Position numbers and translations under genes: made by a program. From assembly GCA_951406725.2 (NCBI GenBank), contig OX597838.1:44888001-44952000 (forward strand): a DNA stretch of 64,000 nucleotides. The letters are read 5' to 3'. This stretch comes from Octopus vulgaris (Eukaryota). How positions within the stretch are numbered: the first letter of the stretch is position 1; each line of letters starts with the position of its first letter. Shown here one piece after another: positions 55,501-64,000 of the stretch. The notes beneath the pieces were generated by a model. The model had not been told where the DNA came from. It made no database searches and saw nothing but the letters and a program-made list of their open reading frames with translations.

Positions 55501-56336
55501 AATAATGATAATAATAATGATAATAATAATAATCGTGGTCACCATCGCCATTATAATCATCCCTGTATTCCCTACAGTCGTCTTCGTCGTCACTATTATT
55601 GTCATTGTCACTTCTTTATTTCAACTTTGGTTTTTCTACTCAAATAATAACTTTTCTAAATGTTGGAATGACCTGAGGAATTATGGGAAGGGATTGTGAC
55701 ACAGAGGAAATAATAATAACCGAAATAATACAATGTATTATCATAATACTTCAAATCATAATTCTTCCCATCTTCATCATCATCATCACCATCATCACCA
55801 TTGTCGATGTAGTCACCATCATTACAACTACCCTTATCATCAACACAATTGCTCACACCTCCATCATCAACATTAGCAGCAGAATCATCATCATCATCAT
55901 CAGCAGCAGCAGCAGCAGCATCACCACCATTATCATCATCATCATCATTATCATTGTTTTCAACCTCATCGTTACCGTCATCCTCCTCATCAGCTTCACT
56001 GAAAATGATAACAACGTCGTCAATAATATCTTGATAATTTAGTTCAATATGTTGTGTTGTCAGATAAATTCCTTCGCTTTTTTTTCTTGACTTCTCGGCA
56101 TACCGTTGTCATGTGCCTGAAAAGTGACAAAATTTATCCAAATTTCAAAAACGAAGAAGAACAATGTTACGAAGAACAATAGAATGGTACGATAAAAATA
56201 TTTTTCGTATTAATTCAAATGATAATTGAAAGGAACGAGGTTGGAGAAACGAACGAATTTATCTGCCAATCCCAATATTTTTGTCGAGCAAAATTTGAAA
56301 TTTGTTTTTATTGTTGCTGTTATTATTGTTGTTGTA

Positions 56337-56915
56337 AAGGCAGTGATCTAGCTGAATACTTAGCACAACGGACAAAGTGCTTAGCATCATTTCATCCGTC
56401 TTTACGTTCACAGTTCAGTTTCCATCGAGGTCGAATTTACATTTTTTCATACTTCCATGGTCGATTAAATAAATATCGTTTGCACGCTAGGGTCGATGTA
56501 ACCGACTAACCCCACCACAAAATTTTAGTCCCTGTACCTATAATAAGAAAGGCTCATTGTTGTTGTAAAAGAAGCCATTAGGCGGAACCATTAGCACGCT
56601 GGACAAGATGCTTGGCATCATTTCATACGTTCTAAGTTCAAATTCCGATTAGGTCATCTTTGCCTTTCATCCGTTCGGGGTTGATAAAAGAAGTAGCAGT
56701 TGAGGACTGGAGTCGGTAGAATTAACTAGAACCCCCAAAATATTCAAGCCTTCCTTATATTAGATAGGATTAATACTGTTTTCATCCTGCCGAGCTCGAC
56801 TCTACCTATCATCCTATGAGGGTCAAGAAAATAAGTACCGACTCAGCACTGAGGTCGATCCAATTGACTGACGCCCTTCCCCTCAGATTGGGTGACCTTG
56901 CGCCAAAATTTCAAC
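56337..56915 (+). mobile_element. Three tandem degenerate SINE A copies
   Basis: Repeated TGCTTAGC/TGCTTGGC..ATTTC, TTTCATCC and GGTCGAT motifs. Confidence 0.7.
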
Positions 56916-57064
56916 ACATTTTTGTTATAGTCGTTATTGTTGTTGTTGTTGTTGTTGTTGTTCTTCTTCTTCTTCTTGTTCTTCTTGTTCTTGTTCTTCT
57001 TCTTCTTCTTCTTCTTCTTCTTCTTCTTCTTCTTCTTCTTCTTCTTCTTCGTCTTACTTACGCC

Positions 57065-57511
57065 ATTAGCCACAAAGAATAATCTCTAATTCGACCCTAC
57101 TCTAAGCTACTAAGAATGCGTGTGGCAACTTGAAGATCCACCCACCGCACGCGATAGACTGGCGTTTGCACGGGCGCGAAAGCTACGTTGTTATCCTCAT
57201 TCCGTAAACGGTGGCTTTTAACGGGTGGAGAGCTGAACCATCCTGAGTTACAGAGGATTCGCAATCTAGACTAGGGTCTGGAAGTTTATCACACCATAGT
57301 AGGTTACACCATGGTTCCTCTGCTGTGTGGCAGAAGTTGGAAGAAAGAGTAAGAGAAAGTTGTGGTGAAAGAGTACAGCGGGGTCCAGCACCCCACCCCG
57401 CCGTAGGCTCGTGTTTTTGCTCAATAAACACTCACAGTGTCCGGTCAGGGAATCGAAACCGCGTTCTTACGACCGCGAGTCTGCTGCCCTAATCACTGGG
57501 CCATTGCGCCT
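57065..57511 (-). mobile_element. SINE family C, tail type 3
   Basis: Minus strand GGCGCAATGGCCCAGTGATTAGGGCAGCAGACTCGCGGTCG...CTCTTTCACCACAACTTTCTC, then an unrelated ~270-bp tail next to (GAA)n. Confidence 0.78.
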
Positions 57512-57859
57512 CTACAATTGTTGTTGCATTCCTTGTCACTGTCGTCCGTCGACGTCGACGTTACTGTTGTTGTTGTTGTTGTTGCCTTCGTCGTTATTGT
57601 TAATTAGACCGTCTGACCTTCCACCAAACATTCGGCAGCTATGACCACCTCACCGATTTTTCTTCTGTGTGACGCAAAATCATGGCCACAGCATTCTTTC
57701 TAAAGCTTCCCTCCATTTGAGAGAATGATACGCAGTGACTTTCAAACACATTTGTCTGTTACTGTTTCTAGCAGATCGAGGGACCAACTAGAAGTTACCA
57801 TTATTCTTTGAGAGGAAGGAGACAGGGCATGGAAAGATTGATGAAATTTGTGGTAGAAG

Positions 57860-58268
57860 AAAATTTTGGGTGGAGGTGTCTAGTCATTTACATCGACCTC
57901 AGAGTACAACTGGTACTTCTTTCATCGACCCGATAGGATGAAAAGCAAAGTTGACCTCGGTGGAATTTGAACTCAGAACATAAAAGACAGACGAAACACC
58001 GCTAAGCATTTCGCCCAGCGTGCTAACGTTTCTGTCAGCAAGACGCCTTTAATAATCTGTTCTACTCTAGGCACAAGGCCCGAAATTTTGGGGTAGGGGA
58101 CCAGTTGATTAGATCGATACCAGTACGCAACTGGTACTTAATTTATCAACCCCGAAAGAATGACAGACAGAGTCGACCTCGGCAGAATATAAACTCAGAA
58201 TGTAAAGACGGACGAAATGCCTTTAGGTATGCTGTCGGCGTGCTAATGATTCTGCCAGTTCGCCACCT

Positions 58269-58332
<64 letters not shown>

Positions 58333-58548
58333 AAGAATTTTTCCTATAGGCATAAGGCCTGAAATTCGTGGGAAGTGCACTAGTCGATTACATCGACCTC
58401 AATGTTTCACTGGTACTTAATTTATCGACCCCGCAAGGATGAAAGGCAAAGTCCACCTCGCTGGAATTTGAACTTAAATCGTGCAGACGGACGAAACGCT
58501 GCTTAGCATTTTACCCGGCGGGCTAACGACTCAGCCAGATCGTTGCCT
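57860..58548 (-). mobile_element. Three tandem SINE A copies
   Basis: Each contains ATCGACC/ATCAACCCC...GAC/CACCTCG...GAACT/AAACT...ACGAAA...GCTAA. Confidence 0.82.
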
Positions 58549-58551
58549 TAA

Positions 58552-58940
58552 TCTCTCTATATATAAAAGGCAGTTTGTCTGTCAGGTTGTACCCTCACCC
58601 TGACCATCGCTTTCAACCGATTCTGATGAAACTTGACACACACATAGCCCAATGTCATAATTCAAAACTAACGCAGCGAAAATTTTGAAAAGCTCCTCCA
58701 GTTCTGAAAACATCGATAAATTCGACATGGGTCGAGAATCTAAGCTTATCATATGCAACACATTTTCCGTTGTAGTTTTCGCAACTTGCCATCGATTTCC
58801 ACCAAACTCATGGTGATGCTTAATGTTACCCTAAGGAACTTAATTCTGACGTTAGTTTTCCATGCAATACCTTACCATCAGAAAAAATCGATAAAATCAT
58901 GCCATTTTGGGAAATCGCATTCAAATTCAAGATGACATAT
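58552..58940 (+). mobile_element. Probable Helitron 5' portion; 3' boundary uncertain
   Basis: A|TCTCTCTATATATAAAAG start as in the Helitron ending at 25657, then GTCTGTC and CAACCGATTCTGATGAAACTTGACACA, a motif typical of non-autonomous Helitrons. Confidence 0.6.
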
Positions 58941-59425
58941 TTTCGACAATATCTTTAACAAATTGGCAAGAATCTTTTTTGAAATTCACAGCGAGCATCA
59001 TGTCTGCTCCAAGGAGCTATATGGCCCTTTTGATTCCAATAGGATACGTTATTACTGGAAAAAAATCGGTTAATTACATCATATGTGGCACACATAGCAC
59101 AAACGAACTGGCCAAAATGGCGCCTTCCTACGTGTTATCTTCAACCACAAGTTCATTTACAAAATGTGTCTACTGCTGTTGTATTTCTGTTTGTTATTGT
59201 TGTACAATGTGTTTGTCGTCGTTGATGTCAAGTCGTTGGTTGAGCAGATCTATAACAATAAGCTTTCCAGCTTTGACCATCCCTCCATACGAGTCCAGTT
59301 TTTTAAAGACGTTATGAAACGATTCGAAAGAATTCGGCTGTTATTTTTAGCAAACCGTTGCGTCTATATGTGTATTGGTTTCCAAGAGAAGAGGTGAAGA
59401 TGTTGTCGGAAGCGATAGTCCCGAG

Positions 59426-59636
59426 AAGGCGACGAGCTGGCAGAATCGTAATCGCGCCGGGCAAAATGCTTAGCGACGTTGCTTTCGACTTTGCGTTCTG
59501 AGTTCAAGTGCCGTCGGGGTCGACTTTGCTTCTATCCTTTCGGGTTCGACAAAATGAATACCAGTTAAGCACTGGAATCGATGAAATCAGCTTGTCACTA
59601 ACCCGAAATTGCTGGCCTAGTGCCAAAATTTGAACC
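59426..59636 (+). mobile_element. SINE family A, full length
   Basis: AAGGCGACGAGCTGGCAGAATCG head through GTGCCAAAATTTGAAC. Confidence 0.85.
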
Positions 59637-59820
59637 CGATATCAATAATGTGTGGTGATGGTGATGGTGGTTGGGGGTAGCAGACACACATACGCACACT
59701 TACGTATAGGTATACACACGAAAATATGTGTGTGTATGTATGCATGTATATATATATGTATATATATATAGATATATATACGTATACATATATATGTATA
59801 CATTTGTATATATATATATT

Positions 59821-59868
<48 letters not shown>

Positions 59869-60109
59869 AAGTACTAACGCAATATATACAGTTCTGAGAT
59901 TGAATCAGTGTGACAAAACGTAACAATTCCGGGCCTTTTCGATAACAGATACAAATGAGAGAGAGAGAAGAGAGGAAAGAGGGAGAAAGAGACAGAGAGA
60001 ATGAGAGAAAGAGAGGGAGAGGGAGAGGGAGAGAAACGAAGAGAGTGAGAATGAGAGAGAGAGGAAGAGAAAGAGAGAGAATGAAGGGAGAGGGAGAGAG
60101 AGAAAGAGA

Positions 60110-60400
60110 AAGGGCAGATGAACTCTTGAGAGTCAACGGCCATCCAATAAATGTCTTAAGGATGTATCAGGGACATAGAAATAATCGGACTGAATACCCG
60201 ATCGCGCGGTTAAACCATTGGGAGTGAAGGACTCCTAGTCTTTGTTAGGGCATCCTTCTAGGAGAAGGTAACTCAGGTAAATGGGATAACTCCGACATAA
60301 CACCTGCGGCTCAGTAGTTACCGATGATGTTGACTTGTTCTTCTTTTCGGATTATGGCTGCTGTTGCTTAGTGAGTGGGATTGACTCAGTGCACAGCTTT
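60110..60400 (+). mobile_element. Isolated RTE 5'-UTR-like fragment
   Basis: CTCTTGAGAGTCAACGGCCATCCAATAAATGT is identical to ~35453-35484. ACCA.TGGGAGTGA and TCTAGGAGAAGGT.ACTC are also shared. Confidence 0.75.
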
Positions 60401-60607
60401 TCCTCACTTTAAAAAAAATCTTCTTGCACAGGCATTGCACGATAACAACATTGATTAAGCTTCGTGCAATGGGCATACTCGATAACGAGGGGGCAGCCAC
60501 CATATATATATATACATATGCACACATATATATATACATATATATACATATATATATATATACATATATATATGTATACATATATATATATACATATATA
60601 TATATAC

Positions 60608-60654
<47 letters not shown>

Positions 60655-60657
<3 letters not shown>

Positions 60658-61032
60658 TACCGACAGAAATTAATTAGCACCCTTGATTTGCTCTTCACTC
60701 AAGGTATGTGCTGTCACCTAGTGGCCATATCTCGAACTATTGCTTTGTTGCGAGTTCACTGTTGCGCAGAACGATGACGTAACTTTGTTTGCAGAGCAGT
60801 TTGAGAGTCTACAGCCTTATGATGTTGACATAGCAGTGCAACAACAACTTGGAGTGCGGATGCAGACAAATTCCTTTGTTTAATAGATATAGGTAGCGCC
60901 TCGCAAGGACCGAAATCACACCATACTAAGTTTTCTCATCGCGTAAGACGTTTTGAACAGCTCACAGGTTAATTGATTTAACCTATTTAATGTAGAAATT
61001 TGAGAAGTGCTAATTAATTTCTGACGCAAGTG
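60655..61032. mobile_element. Tc1-like MITE
   Basis: TA-flanked TIRs CACTACCGACAGAAATTAATTAGCAC / GTGCTAATTAATTTCTGACGCAAGTG. Confidence 0.82.
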
Positions 61033-61099
61033 TATATATATATGGTGGTTGTATACTGTCAACTTAACGTGACAGTCATCTAAGGGAATTACACCACCG

Positions 61100-61134
<35 letters not shown>

Positions 61135-61136
<2 letters not shown>

Positions 61137-61335
61137 TGATGATTGATCGCTAGCCACTAAACCTTTTTATTTTCTCTCTATTCTTATTTCTGTGTTCCTT
61201 TCTGCTGAAGAGCGTAGGCTCGAAACGTAATAGACTTTCTCACTTCTCGAGCGTTAAACTAAACTCCTGTTTGTTGTTTACACACCTGTCTTCGGCTTTT
61301 GTTTTGTCTTGTTTTTCTTTTGTAAATTCCAACCA
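61135..61335 (+). repeat. Family H repeat with hammerhead motif
   Basis: TTT-CTGCTGA-A-GAGC-GTAG-GCTC-GAAA-CGTA at ~61199-61229. Confidence 0.7.
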
Positions 61336-62299
61336 TATATAGGTATGTATGTGTTTAGTATCATGGACAGGCACATATTCAACAACTTCTTTATTTCTTT
61401 AATCTACGCCATGGAAAACTGGAAGCTGTAGGAGATTTTGCCTTTTACTTATTTCAGTTATTTGTTTGCGACCATGCTGGAACACTATCTTGAATTCAGA
61501 CAAACCGACTCCCGTATCTACATTTTGTTTGTCATGTACTTATTCTATCGATTCAATTTCTGAACCGCTAAGTTACGGAGATGCAAACAAAGCACTGATG
61601 GTTGTCAAGCAGTAGCGGATAGGGGAACAAACAGAAGCACAAACACATAGATGCAAGCGTGGCTGCATGGTAAGAAGTCTGCTTCCCAATCATATGGTTC
61701 CTGTTTCGATTCTACTGCGTGACATCTTGGGCAAATGTTCGGGCAAAATGCTTAGCGACATTTCGTCAGTCCCTACGTTTATTTCAAATCCTGCCAAGGC
61801 CGGCTTTGTATTTCATCGTTACGGGGCTCGATTAAATATTTATTAGATGAGAAGTGTTGTCTATATTACCGATTTGCAAACTCCCTCGAAATTGATATCG
61901 TCGTGCCAAATTTTGAAACTAGTACAAAATAAGGGTTAGAATAAGAAACAGGTAAAGAATCGCGAAATATTTCTGCAAGCACATTTCTTTCTGTAACGTC
62001 TGTGAATTGTAAAATCAAATTCAATGTTCTTGGAGACTCGAAAAGGAATTCTAGTTCTAATCGGAACCTCAGTAACCTTTTGAAGTTGAATTTCTAAATG
62101 TCGTTTCTCTCCATCAAACACTCTCTTTCTCCCTCTCTCTTTCTACCTGTCTCTTTCTACCTTGTAGTCTCACCCTCTCTCTCCTTCAATCTCCCCCTCT
62201 CTCCCCTCCCTCTCTCTCAATCCTCTGCAATCTCTATTTGTGACTCAACCAGCTCCTCATTCTCTCTCTTAATGTCTCTATCTCTCTTAGACTGATAGT

Positions 62300-62764
62300 T
62301 TTTTTTTTGCATCGGAACAAATTGAACCATGAAGCATTTCTATAATCTTCATAACAATACAAAGCTTATACGAGAGGATAGGGATATGATACATTGTCAA
62401 TTATGGCCTGGATCTCACCAAGAAGTTCAGGAGTTCCTTTCTTATCAAATCGATCAGAAAGAGATTTCCAAACCGCTGTTTCCCTAATCACGCTTTCCTA
62501 ATCTTTCCGAATCCGCTGCACTTTCTTCAGATTGACGCCCAAATACTCTGAAATGTTCGTATTGGAGCTTCTAAAGCGAATGCCAAGCAATACATGTGGT
62601 TTCCAAATTTCTGCCTGAGTTAATTGCATCATGGTGCCATTTATTTCTCACAGACGGTGTCCAACTCTCCCTACTATACTGAGTAGTCGACAAAACGGAA
62701 AACAAACAATGTGCATGCGCAAAATTAAAATTATATATGGCGACAATTTACCCATCGCGATTCG
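62300..62764 (-). mobile_element. Tc1/mariner-superfamily (maT/DD37D-like) 5' fragment
   Basis: Minus strand from 62632: MMQLTQAEIWKPHVLLGIR..SSNTNISEYLGVNLKKVQRIRK (HTH-like), then SDRFDKKGTPELLGEIQAIIDN. Upstream TIR-like GGGTAAATTGTCGCC near a TA. The subfamily call is from recall. Confidence 0.65.
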
Positions 62765-62790
62765 TATAATGCATATATACATATATATAC

Positions 62791-62826
<36 letters not shown>

Positions 62827-63037
62827 AGAGATGCACGTATTTATACAAACAAATAGGCGAAGAAATTAAAAGTAACCTTCCCACGTGTGCCTGCCTCTAA
62901 GCGTAGAGGTGTGTTTCGCGTGTTTATGTGATCGTTCCCCATTATCAAACTCTACCTCTACATCGACAAGAATATGTCTCCAGTTAAGCAAATGACCAAT
63001 GTGAGAATTTAACGTTGGCTTACGGTTTCGCATGCCA

Positions 63038-63074
<37 letters not shown>

Positions 63075-63300
63075 TATTATTATCCCTCTCTTTCACTCTC
63101 TCTAACTCTCGCGATAACTCTCTCTCTCCCTCAATTTGTATTTCTCTCTCACTCCGCTCTCTCTTATTACATACACTCAAACACTTAATACACACATATT
63201 TTATGCACATATATAAGTATTTCTCTTAATGTACATATACATACATTTGATTGTTTGCGTATATATAAATATATATATGTTTCCATAACTTTTTTTTTAA

Positions 63301-63376
<76 letters not shown>

Positions 63377-63382
63377 CATTAC

Positions 63383-63852
63383 TGAGTGAGAGAGTAACGT
63401 CTGCCATCAAAGTGACACTGGGGTAAAATATACGAAGCCCAGTATACCCATCCGATTAGGGCACCTGTCCGATAAGGGTACACCAGGCAAATGCATCCCA
63501 ACTATATGTGCTTGACATGGTAATCACACGTCAAGATAAACAGTGCATGACATTGCAGGTGAGGCCCAGATAGAGTTTTCTTCAGATTCAGTTGAGGAGC
63601 ACATCCCGCTCGAAAGGTTCTTGAATAAAGGTCGTTTAAGGATTTTGAACGAAACACCTACGTTTCCAGAGATGAGTTTATCCAAACCCCAAATAATTCC
63701 TCTCAAAACAAGGCTGCGGTGCCTCCCACTACTTCTGCTCGTGATTAGAGATGCACATAACGCCAGCTGGTTAAGGTCAAACAACTGATAAGCAAATCTG
63801 AGCTATTGGGCAGAATATTTGCTGCAGCCCATCTTTTATACCAAAACAAAAC

Positions 63853-63853
<1 letters not shown>
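63383..63853 (-). mobile_element. Family E copy, truncated at its presumed 5' end, between (ATT)n and (CTT)n
   Basis: Colinear with 6449-6924. Confidence 0.85.
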
Positions 63854-63883
<30 letters not shown>

Positions 63884-64000
63884 CTTCTTCTTCTTCTTCT
63901 TCTTCTTCTTCTTCTTCTTCTTCTTCTTCTTCTTCTTCTTCTTCTTCTTCTTCTTCTTCTTCTTCTTCTTCTTCTTCTTCTTCTTCTTCTTCTTCTTCTT

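Overview
A eukaryotic, AT-rich and extremely repeat-dense window with no host protein-coding gene I can support. The SINE repertoire and the dense (TA)n/(TG)n/(TAA)n/(TATC)n microsatellites suggest a coleoid cephalopod, probably Octopus; this is from recall, not a database search. Every recognisable protein-like ORF is a disrupted transposon: Tx1/L1-clade LINEs (1-2468, 6999-7788), R4/Dong RLE LINEs (4987-6392, 10405-11100, 34580-35135), RTE LINEs (8402-8730, 11738-13100, 19008-19835, and a near full-length copy at 35286-39431), Tc1/mariner elements (29470-30318, 60655-61032, 62300-62764) and non-autonomous Helitrons. There are also dozens of copies of four tRNA-derived SINE families. Best leads: (1) two unrelated Penelope-like repeat families that fold into minimal type-I hammerhead ribozymes with a non-canonical U or C at core position 6; (2) a Tx1 LINE and a SINE carrying its 3' tail, both joined to the same base inside a SINE; (3) a ~550-bp non-tRNA element that sits in (TAA)n alongside Dong; (4) a compact CCAAT-CRE-TATA promoter candidate at ~45.6 kb. 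Most entries in the ORF track are microsatellite translations. Boundaries of degenerate repeats are approximate.
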